64,000 nt of DNA from Phoronis australis (taxonomy: Eukaryota; Animalia; Phoronida). Shown here piece after piece: positions 32,791 to 44,800 of the stretch. Each line of letters opens with the position of its first letter. Within the stretch, counting starts at the first letter, position 1. Under the pieces are notes generated by a model. The model ran no database searches and was not told the DNA's origin. It worked only from the letters and a program-made list of their open reading frames with translations. The stretch is taken from the NCBI GenBank assembly GCA_002633005.1, contig NMRA01000425.1, positions 130,728-194,727 on the forward strand. Reading direction: 5' to 3'. Made by a program: the position numbers and the translations under genes.

Positions 32791-35773
32791 CGAAAGTGGT
32801 TTCCGGGGCTGTGCTCATTTTATGGAATTAACGTGGTGCTGCTTCAGAAATTGGCCACCAAATTCTTGACCATAGTATTACAGCCTAGTAAAACAATACC
32901 GGCTGCTCACGTACTTTCACTTGGAAACGTTTGCCTATTCGTGTAATATGTTCATCAGCGTTCATCACCACCTTCCTGTTTCACCGAATCGAGCTTTTCA
33001 ACGTCACAGGACAGATACAGCACTCCAGCAATTTTGGGTCGTCTCAAGTGCGTCTTGTTACGCCCCGTTTATATGCAGCACTTTTACATACTTAAATATA
33101 CACCATACGCAACTCTACACCCGGATGTAAATGTAAATTTGACAACGCGCCATAACTAAGGGCGGGGAATTAAAGCAATATTTGTACTCGCATCCTATAC
33201 ATGCGTGCACCCAGCCTTAAATATGGGGGCTCGAATTTCTGGCGATGTAGACCTTTACTGACAAAAAAGCGGGAGGACTAAAAAAAACGGGGTACCACCT
33301 TCACTGTTCATCTGTGCCTTTTCAGTGTACTTTTGTCTCGTTTACTTGGACTTTTTGTTTCTCTGAGGCGTAGGCCTACCTTCTTCCCCAGTTCGCCAAT
33401 TGGAGGGGGGGGGCTCGTTCGAGGTAATTAAGTCGGGATCTCGAGATAATTAAGTCGGTATCTCGAGATTCTGGTATGGTTAAAAAAGAAAAGCGCGATG
33501 ACATCTTTAGGCCATCCTATTTGAATGATAAACTTGGTATTTCTCAATTACGGCAATCTAGTAGTGGTATCTATGGAAGTCGCAAATCAATAGTAGTGTG
33601 CAAAATATTGTTCCTTAGGTTACATATCATTAGTCGATTATTTTTATTGCCAGTTTTATGTATGATTACCGATACTGATTCTCAGTGATGTAAACACAAG
33701 ATGGCGTGCCGGGTCGGGCATTTCATAAATGTGCTGGCTTTTGGAAATTTAGCGTTGAAAGTGAACAACGAGCTTTAGCGAAGTGAATCAAAGAGCTGAT
33801 TTGTCCTGAAGACAATATAGGTACAGTGTATGCCTATTGTTCTAGGGATGTTGCATATGCAGCGAAACCGGGGCATAGAAAGTTTCACCAAGAAGCATCA
33901 GCATTTGCACTAGCAGCAACAGCGGGAACATTTCAATCAAACTACGCTATATCGAACCTCACGTTACAGCAGGGAATCTTTTGGACGTTTAAAGGGAAGT
34001 AATTGTTGCTTTAAAAAGATACGAGACCAAAGAAGAATTGATGTAATGGCACTTTTGGCAGAGTGATCTTGCTTTTACAACTGTGTGTAAATTGGAATCG
34101 CGTTCACATGCGGCAAGTGTAAATTTGCACGCATGTAAAATTACATTTACACGACCCTTGGAGGAGGTGTAATGGTAAACCCGAGTTTAGCTTTACACCC
34201 GGGTGTATTACAATAGGGTGTAAATATACAGTCGGGTGTAAACACCATCCAAAATGTGGTTGGCAGCAGTCTGTCTTGAGATAGCATGGATATGCGTCCT
34301 CTATTAGTCAAATGTAAGATTTAGATAATTAAAGTTACTGAACCAATTCTGATTGAGTTTATTACATAACTAGAAAATAATGCGTCGTATGGTCACGGTC
34401 CCAACGAAAGTTATTAAGAACTTCAAATTTTTGATAAGACCGACGATCGACAGTTATTGCTCTATCTGTATTTGTACCAATGTAAACACACTCAAAGATA
34501 CGGTCAGGTGAAAGTGGTAGCAGACTGGTATGAATAAAGTTCTGCATTTAGACAATACGTATTTTTACCGAGTTATATTCCAAATTGTTGTTGATATTTG
34601 GCTAAATGCACGAGATTTGAGGACCAGAATTTGAGAGTAGGCTTGTGCCTCTTTAGTGAAAAAGGTACTTTTACAGAAATCAGAAGTAGTGCGGAATCTA
34701 ACCCACGACACGGGGTGCCACTTTATAACGCCTACTATACAACACAGAATTTTGAACAGCTAAAGCTGCAATTCGATCCTGTTAATCTGGCTAAAAATGA
34801 AAATCGAATCAAGACCCTTTACTCTCATAAAATCTGTCTCGTAATATTCCTTGCCATCCTAGGATTCCATTTCCATACTCGGAGGCCTGTGGCTACCAGA
34901 TAAGTCGTAAGGAATACCTACATGCGCAGTCCCATTTTCGAAATAGAAAGTTCCAAGTTGGCTAACTCCAGCAAACTCTGAAGCATTCCTTCAAGACTCT
35001 TGATGGTTTCTACCGATGGTGTTGGAAACAGAATTAGAACCCCATCACGGTATGGGTATAGGGCCGCTTTTGGCGAGATCATAGGTCCAACTGAATTCGA
35101 TTTTTACGGCGAATTGCCACTTTAAAATTCCCCAACATACAGTGCGCACCTGTTACCGGTATTGAGCGTGTTAGAAAAATTCAGTCGTCCATGAAGAAGG
35201 AGGGGGAAAGCCAATTTTGCTCAGGAACCCAGAAATATGGTAGATTTAAGCCGGGCGGTTGATTTCATTTTTGGCCCCATCGATATCGTTTCCGCACCGA
35301 TGAAAAAAATGTTCCAAAATCAACAAAGAACAAAGACGCCAAGTTAAAAGAGTGATTATATTCACAAAGTTCACTCTACAACGACTAGCTCGAATTAGTT
35401 TACTGTACAACTTGTTGAGGAATAGAAAAAGAAAAGGTTTCTGTGATCGACTCAGCTGACGTCACTTCGACTTTAAAAGAGCTAGTTATCGAACATTTTC
35501 AAAACTACCAACAGGACAACCCGAGAAACGAGTCCGATTCAGACATAAACTACACGATTGTTGGCACTAACATTGGTGCGAGGCTGATTGCATAAAAGAA
35601 CACGGGGAACTATCTGAAAATATGATTTTTTTTCACTAAATCCTGATTAGTTTACTAACAAACCCCGAATTTCGAGTCCCACAGACTTCACAAAAGGTCA
35701 TGACCTCAGTATATATCAACAGTAGTTGGCCCTAGCATCGAATGATTTGACCAGCAATGTGTTTCAGAGAATA

Positions 35774-35836
35774 CATGGGTGGTGCAGCACTGAAAAAGTG
35801 GGGGTCTATAGCCCCCTCTCTGGTGCACCGCCCATA
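35774..35836 (+). mobile_element. CATGGGCGGCGCA-family MITE, monomer
   Basis: catgggtggtgcagcactgaaaaagtgggg...tggtgcaccgcccata; flanks gaata/caata. Confidence 0.75.
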
Positions 35837-36552
35837 CAATAGTCCACACGTTAAATACTCGATCAAAATGTGGTCCTTGTAACATATTATGACGAACAGA
35901 GTTTTAAACATGAAAAAACAAAAACCTAGAGCAACAAATCCAGGGCACAAAAACATGCTTCATGTTTTAGAATTTCTAAAAATTAAGCTTCAAGAAAGGA
36001 ATTCCCAAGACACAATGAATGTATGGCGTGAAATGTATTTGCACTAAACATGATCAACATTGAACAGCTTATTCAACTATGCATCAATCTCTAACGACGC
36101 CTACCTACCTTAATTACTAAGGAACTTAAACCTACTAAAAACATCAAGCAGAGAACAGAACTGCCAGCGTTTACACACTGGATAGTAACTGCTCAGGAGG
36201 CTGGTTTCAAAAAACAAGAATTATGTCAAGTCAAAATGTTTGTATGCATAATTAGACTGTTTTAAACATGGCATTCTGTGTACCCTCAATCTTAAAAGCG
36301 ATAAATAACATGGTATCAAGCGTACAAAACGGATGCGGATGTTCGCAGGCAGTTAGGGTTTTCGAGAAAGTAAAACCTATTCTCGTACATCCCATTACAT
36401 ATTTTTCGAGATTAGATTTAACACCTGCAACGATATTTTAATTGTGCACTCCTTTTTCAAGATACTTGAAATTCAAAATTATCGAACGACTACAATCCAC
36501 CTAGGCTCGAGAGAATAAGAAACCATCAACCATAACAAATATCAAAATGACC

Positions 36553-38891
36553 TCAATATTGCGGCCTATAAAATGGCCTCATTCTCCGATCAAAATACCC
36601 ACCCGGTGGGGGAGGTCGGTTACCGCGGAATGGTACTCGGTGGCGGAACGGAGGTTCCCGAGCAAACTGTCTGGGTGGAGGCCTGCTAGGCCACCTGGGT
36701 GAAGGTCCACCAAAGTTGGCAGGTGCACCTCCTGTGGGGGCTCTACGCTTACCGAAGTCAGTGTCTGAATCATAACGATTGTGGTTACGTTCTCCAGATG
36801 GCGTTACAATACCAATTCGGTTGCCAATGACTTCAGACTGCTCGTCTTCATTATCTGCTTCAATTTCACCTTCCTCGGTTTCTTTAGTTTTTGGATGGCT
36901 GACAGGTGGTGGAACCTCTTTAGGACTTCCGTTAGCACCTTCGCTTACATCATCATTTGATGAAATCACTTTAAGATTTGGGTTCGGCGGCTTGGGTAAT
37001 GTATCGCCAGAACCAGAGCGCCGCTTCAGTTTATCAACAAACTCACTGTTTGCGTTACTTTCCGCTGACATCGGGACAGAAAGTGTCTTCAATGCACTAG
37101 CTGGGGGAGTCGGAGGTGGTCGAACCAATTTTGGCCTATTATTTACAGCCACTGGAGGTGGTCCACCTTGCAATTTGCTGGATGTACTACCAATAGTAGG
37201 AATTGTTACCAAATTTGTTGATGAACTTTCCTCACTCGTAGCAACAGTCTTTATCTCCACGTTATTGGAGTTGGACCGATTCCTCAGGATACCTCTGACT
37301 GGTGGTGGAGGCAACGATGGAACCACTGGCGACAACACAGGACTCTTGGGAGGTTGCACATGTGCTGCAGTGTTCATGGTGACAGGGGGTGCAGGAGACT
37401 GATTAGAAGCGCTGTTCTGGCGAACAAGAAAACTGGGCGGTGGCTGTGACAAGTTGGGGAATCCCTGGTGGGATCGGGGAGAGTGCAGCTGTACCTGGGG
37501 TGAAGTGGCCGTGTGCCCGCCCACGTACTGAGGCTGTACCTGGGGGGAAGTGGCCGTGTGCCCACCCACGTACTGAGGCTGGTATCCATTTGAGGCGTTC
37601 AGTTGTTCAACTTGGTAAGGTACACTGGTAGGCATCGAGGGGTCTGGCGGCTGGTAGTGGTCAGACCGGGGCTTGCCCTGGGAAAACAGCTGGGATGAGG
37701 CTTCGCTGGAAAGAGTGTGAGGGGAAGGTGGGGTCAACGATTGGGTGTATGCTTGACTGCTTGGTGATGGAATGGCGACTGCATTATATTGAGGGCCATG
37801 TTGAGATGGAGGAGGATTGTTGACCATGCCTGGGTATCCCGCATTGGCCAGTGTGTATGGGTTCTGTTCAGCAGGCGGTGCAGCTCGAGGCGGCTGATAC
37901 AGATTACTGGGCCCTGACGACTGAGCATAGACCTGGGAAGCAGCACCTTGGTAAGCTGTCATTGACTGAGATGGGGGGAACCCTGGTGCAGGTTGCGTGC
38001 TGTGAGAAGCCTGCTGCTGCTGCTGTTGTTGAGGCTGCATTGGCAAGTAAGATTGGACAGGAAGTGAGGGAGGAGTGGGAAAGGGAGGCTGGGATGGTTG
38101 TACAGGAGGAGTAGGTGGTGTGGGATATAGGGGCTGAGCAGGCGGAGTAGGGGGAGTGGCATAGTGAACTTGGGAAGGGGGAGGAGACTGAAGGCTAGAC
38201 TGGTAGCTGATAGGAGTGGACTGCGTGGGAGGAGCCTGGTAAGTAGGCGTGGTTGCAGGATAAACTGGTCCAACAGGAGGAGGGTACGACAGTGCTGCAC
38301 TAACTGGAGCAAAGCTGTGCTGATAGGGTGTGCTTACAGATTGATTGGCAGCTGAAGGAGCAGGTGGCACTGCTTGTGCAGCACTACCCAAGGGCAGTGA
38401 TAGAGGAGCAGAAGTCTGCATCACTGGCTGGGAGGCAGAGCTAACCACGGTGGCAGAAGAAGGGACAGTGCCTTCCTCCTGTGACTTCACTTCCCCCCAA
38501 GTCATTGGTTGTCCACTCGTCTGTTTGCTCTCCTTGGCCTTCTGTACACTGCTGGTCAAAAGTGTCAGATTCTGCAGTAAGTTGGATGAACTCATGGCGC
38601 CGGACTTTTGGGTTTTGGAGATCAGCTTCGTCAGGAAGTCAATCGGGTTTGATGTGTCCGACAGCTCGTCCTGAGTGGGGGTACCTCCACTCTCGTCCTT
38701 GACTGGCGTATTACCCCCGTTGTCCGTCGTGGTAGTGGAGCTTTCTGCCTTGGCGTGGCGTTTAACGGGAGGCGGGACGTAGCCGGGGGTATTGTCATCC
38801 TGCGCAGTGCTGCTCTCTCGAGACGATTCAGATGACCGGCTGTGGTGTGACCCATGGCTCTTGGAGTGATGACCATGACTGCTGCCCGACT
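36553..38891 (-). CDS. RPRD2: RPRD2 last exon
   Basis: Acceptor tactttcag|AG; frame open through TPVKDE, TPTQDE into the 680-aa P/Q/S-rich ORF; stop at 36553. Confidence 0.9.
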
Positions 38892-41800
38892 CTGAAAGTA
38901 AGAAAAGGAATGGCCTGAGATGTGTACCACTTGGCTATTGCAACTGACAATTCATTATCGTCCAATCTCAAAGACACACACTGGACATTACACGTGTCAA
39001 ACCAAGAGGGAGACCAAAGAACACGCATATATGTAAGTTTGCAAAACAGCATTCAGCAGCAAACACCGATACAGAGACGGCTCAGCACTGCTTAGTATAC
39101 AAATGCATCACTGGCTAATATAAAAGAATGCGAGATTAAATCCACACAGTGACAATCAATGGTTGAAAATAACACTAAGACTAGTAAGCGTAGTACTTAA
39201 AAATGCTCGCTGGTCACACGATGACCAGCGGGTGACATCGATAATTAAAAATTAAAAGGTCACATAATTAATAATTAAAAGGTCACATGATGGATGCAAG
39301 AGTACCACAGACAGTGATATTTTTTCAAGCTCACAACAGCAAAGTGGTTACAGAAGGTCGCTCGACTGATGTTTAAGTGTTTCAATCATAGTCTGTATCA
39401 ACAGCAGAATAACTCTGATTTCAACGCTATCCATGCATGAGCAGTGATAACAAGAGAAATGAAGCATTACCAACCTTGAATAAATGAACACTAAATTGTG
39501 CCTTACGAGAGAATGTCTTTACTGTTAAGAGTGCAAATACCATTCAACCGTAATTCCTCAACATAAAAGTTAAAGAGGATCTTGCAAATACTGTTTCAGA
39601 ACATGATGGGAATGTTTTATAAGTACCAGGTGATTTGTTGTTCATTCCTGTAAACATGATCCTGCAAACATGATCCTGCAAACATGATCCTGCAAACATG
39701 ATCCTGCAAACATGATCCTGTAAATACTCTAACCTCTGTTTCACGAAAGTGACTTAAAGCATAAGAAAGAAATTTGGTCTACACCACTACTTCAGAAAAA
39801 TACTTAAAATCTAATTTGGGCAAAACAGTTAAGTCTTTGAGAATATACTGTAGATAACCGAGATGATTAAGTACAAATTATTTATACATTGTGATGTGTT
39901 CATAATGGCTGAATATTTTTTCAGCACATTGCGAAGTGGAAACGTACGACCAAATTCCCGACTCAAGTCTTGACTTACTTTCTTGAAACAGGCCCTTGAT
40001 TTTAGAATAAAAATCGACATCAAGTTGAACTGGCTGGTAGGAGGACCACATGAATGCAGGGCCCTCAACCACTCAATTTTGGGGCCAAATATCTGCCCCA
40101 TTCCCTCTGAAAAATATTGAAAAATCACGCTACGTTCCCCTCATGAGGCCCAAAAATTCCCTCATGTCACTGAAAAATTCCCTTCGAGATTCGAATCACT
40201 TGTAACTCGCATAAGAGACAATTTGAATGAGAACAAAATGTTACTTTTGGCTACTTGAAGCAGAGCCTACAAGGGCTTGCAACAGGGTGGGGGTGCTATT
40301 GATAGTCTCGAAGTAGAGTTTTCCCCTCATCCCAAACAATTCCCCTCTCAGATGGCACAGGCACCTTTCCCCTAGGATGAACGAGGGCTCTGGAATGCTA
40401 ACTGCAACTGACATGCAAACAGCATGCGTGTTTTCCAAGACACAGTCAACGTCGCACAGTGTCTGTGTACACATAAAGCTACATGCTTCCCCAATTAGAT
40501 TAAATTATAATTCCAAACTCCAACAGACACCATTGAGTCAACTTTACGATATTGAATCTGAACAATCATCAAACTTAAGTTCAGTGTAATGGTGCAAAAT
40601 CAGGAACACAAACATGTCGTACACAAGTTTTTAGAGATGCCTTGAATTCCATTTTACTGGACAGCATGGCTGAATTTGATAAAGTTGAGGCATACTTTTT
40701 GGGGGTAATAGTCTTGTGAATTTTGAGAACCAATTTTCTCCACTGCATAACAGGCATCAAACTGGTTCTCAAATTAAGGGCCCATTATAACAGACTACTG
40801 CCATTTTTGGAATAAAATGCAGTCCCTGATGATAACGCTGACAAGCTGTTTCAGCCATCGCACGTAGCATTGATTTACAACAAAACGCTAGTGGTGGGAT
40901 GATACACATTCAATTTGATTCTTCGGAGAAGGAATGGTTATTTTTGATTAGATTCTTGTTTGTCAAATTACTTCATCTCTTCTCAGATATCAAGTGTTAA
41001 CTTACCATTGGTACCAATTTCAGCAACAAATTTCATATTTTAGAAAAGTACAAAAGTACAGCAGTGTTTTTGAGATAAAATTTGTAACTGATCTTGTTTT
41101 GCTGTTGATTTAGCTTCCTTTCTTGCTAAACTTTACAAAAAGACATGGCTGCTCACTTGATCCAATTAATGACAGATTTGTAAAAAGGCAAAATCAAATT
41201 CTTCATGCTTTCTAGTTTCAGAAGATACATACTTTCACAGAGCTAAAATCTAATAGTTTTGCAGACATTTGGCTACATAAATACTCATAGACTTGTCAGT
41301 AAGGTCCTAAAGAACCTAAAACATGGGTTCAGTTCGCGGAACGAAAGCTACATAACAATACAGTTAGGACAGACACTTCGTTGTCGCAACCACAGACTTA
41401 CAAGGACAAATACTACAACACGGTGGACACATGGCAATGCAGAATACAGTGCTGGAAAACTGGTTCGATTTGCATGCGTTTAGAAAGACCTGCACTGTCT
41501 GTACACAGCGGAATGTGTTTGTAAAATATACACTCACTTGATCGCGATTTCTCTTTATCGTGTTTACGCTCTGTAAATAACGTAAATACAATACAGCGAG
41601 AGCGACAAAATGCACGAGACGGGTGAACAAACCATTCTCAATACACACGCTGATGGATAAACATCTTAACTTGAGGAAGCCATTTAGTGCAGGGTTGTTT
41701 CAAAGTGTATACTACATGTTAATACTCTGAGACCAGTAATCACTTGGGTACCACTGCCTACAGCAATTTATCCGCAATAAGTACCCATGCTTTAAATCCG

Positions 41801-44800
41801 AAACCCAACTTTGCATTCAATGAGTGTGAGTCAGAGGCAGGGTACTTCATTTCCTGTTATAAGGTATGTGAAGACTCCACTGGGTTAGGATGTTCAGCTC
41901 ATAGTGTGTTAAGGTATAGCACAAGACTAGATCTCCATTTGTAGTGTGTTAAGGTACAGCACAAGACTAGATCTCCATTTGTAGTGTGTTAAGGTACCAA
42001 GACTAGATCTCCATTTGTAGTGTGTTAAGGTACAGCACAAGACTAGATCTCCATTTGTAGTGTGTTAAGGTACATCACAAGACCAGATCTCCATTTGTAG
42101 TGTGTTAAGGTACATCACAAGACTAGATCTCCATTTGTAGTGTGTTAAGGTACATCACAAGACTAGATCTCCATTTGTAGTGTGTTAAGGTACAGCACAA
42201 GATTAGATTTCATTTGTAATGTTTCAACAAGACATTCATTGAATTTGAATCAACAGGTCTAACCAGTGTGTCAATTAGCGATGCTGAAGTCAGTTTTCAA
42301 ATACACAGTTGGACAGTAGTCGACTAGTGGCGATATCACAGATAACATTCCGACACATAACCCAGTTTACAATTTGCATTTCAGGTGGTAACTTTAACTT
42401 CAGTGTAATCAGATGCCTAAAAAATCTTTTCCACAAAAGCTTTTCGTAATCAATAATTATCCAGATTGATATTGACAGGTGGATTGCAGTGGTCTCGCAT
42501 CTTCAATTCCAGTGTGCTCACATGACTACTGTTGCTCTCAGTTAACATGGAATACACCTCATCAACGTATGTATGTCATCAGATGGTTACGAGCCAACAC
42601 CCGACCAACAATGCATTTGAAAGCCAACAGAACCTCTAAGGGAGAAAGATTTGTATTATGTGAAATCCTCCCCAACTGAACCGTTTCTACACCCCAGGGA
42701 TACAGCTCGGTATGAAATATCTGCCCGAATGAAACAGTTCAGTTTAGAATTAGTGTGCGACTGAAACACAGAGGAACAGGTCTAATGTTCTCACCAGGCT
42801 TTTTGAAAGCGAACCCTGGTTCAAATTTAGATCGTCACTGACTGCATTCTAGCGCTTTCTGAGAGGAGACAATGTGGCCTAGTGGGGTAAGCATCCGCTT
42901 TCTTTACTTGAGGTCGTGGGTTCGAGTCCCACTGTGGCACACTGCTAGACCCTTGAGTCCCACTGTGGCACACTGCTAGACCCTTGAGTCCCACTGTGGC
43001 ACACTGCTAGACCCTTGAGGTCTCTAGCTCCTCAGCTCGGTTTTAACTATAATAAACTGAGCGACCTGTGGAATAGGCCCCCTGAGCAACCTGTGCAATA
43101 AGCCCACATGAGTGATCTGCGCACATCTGGTACAGTATGTACCAGGCCGCCTGCAATTATTATTTATAGTGCTTTCTGGACTCAACCTTTTGTACATTAT
43201 TTAATGTTAATTTTTATTACGCAAAATACAAAAAAAAAACTCACTGCATAGTTAAAATGTCATCTCAGTCACATTATTTGATGTTGTGGTGTAAATATTT
43301 GCAAAATACTAATAACACAGACCATTGATAGTTTCTCTTTCACTGCTATGACTGGCAATGTTTCGTTGTCATGTTCTGTGCTCAACTTAAATGCCCGATG
43401 AAAAACAGTCCGGGACTTCTTGTGGCAAGAATTCAGTGTTAACACTTTCGAACGACACTTACTGTGAGACTTAGAGCCAGAACTTCGCTCATCAGAGTGG
43501 CGCCGCTTGTGAGACAATTCTTTGTCCCTTGACTCTGAAAAAAAAACAAGTACCGTATTGCCATTCCATTAGGACCACGGGCGTCTGTGCGAACTGCACC
43601 TATGTGCGAAACTTGCACCAATCACATGTGTAAAAAATGTCGTGCAAAAAGGGCATTATTTTGGATACAGGCCCATGTACCTTAAGGCACGACAATATGG
43701 TATGGCAAATACGTATGGCAGTATCTTCGAAAGGTTGAAGGCGGGAAAACGGGAGGAAACGCTAAGAAGAGGAAACAAAAGAATCAATAATGTGACAGCA
43801 GCTAGAAAGTGTCCTTACACAGACAGAAGTGTTCACCCAATACACAGACAGCCGTGTTCACTAGAGGCCGAGTTTCCTGTCTATTGACACAGTTGAGCAA
43901 AAGAATACGCAAATCCAGGGATGCATAGCTTTGGACAGTTTTGAATTTCTTGTAAGAAATAAAACTAAAGAAACAAAAAAACATCGGACAAGTTTTATTT
44001 CTGGATTATCTTCTCATATTATCCATTGATAAAATTGCCATCAAATTTGCCTCGTTTCCCTTTCAACACAAATTTATGTTAGATTACTGTCCAAAATACA
44101 TTTTTAGCTAAGTTTGATTATTTCATTCCCTTTGGAAGGTGGGGAGGAGGGTCCAAAAATGAAATTCGGGACAGAGAATTTGTCACACTTATTGAAAAAT
44201 ACATTTAAAGATCATATGAAAGTCATCTTCTCTTTTATAACTATGACGAAAAGCAAAAGATCAATTCTCAGTAGACAACGGCTCAAAAAGTTTGTGAAAA
44301 CTGGAAGTGATGTTGAACTTGAATTTGTTTACAAACAACTGACAACTTTCAATAAAGACAACAGAAAATAACTGGCAGATTTCTGGAAAACAACACCTTA
44401 TCTCATTCTTTTGTCGACGTGCGCAACAAGATATCTTGTCAGCGACAAAACTACTGATAACCAATGAACTCACTTTTCTTTGGTTCCTCCTTTGTTTCTG
44501 AAGCCTCGGGTTCTGGGTGAACGACTTTGGTCACGCTTGACTTCACCGTGGGCTTCGCGCTGACCCCCACGCCAACCACGTCGCCGCCAGTTTCTGACCC
44601 ATCAGAGTCAGAAAGTTCCATGTCTACAGCCTCCACATTGTCCAGGGTGGGGTCAGGAGGGGGGGTGTTGCCTGGACTGGGGGCGTCGGCACTGGGTGAG
44701 CCGTAGGGACTGCTGACCGGGCTGGGCAGTGTCTTCTTGTGCTCCTCCAGTCGTTTCTGCAAATTGTGAATGCGTGTTCCAAAGTTCTTGTAAGCCTGTA

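Noticed and set aside
36779-38702. Plus-strand ORFs up to 207 aa
   Set aside because: Antisense to the GC-rich low-complexity RPRD2 exon.
40245-40266. 22-nt tag|...|gtaac micro-exon of RPRD2
   Set aside because: Would break the phase between exons 43463 and 38891, and it lies within a MITE.
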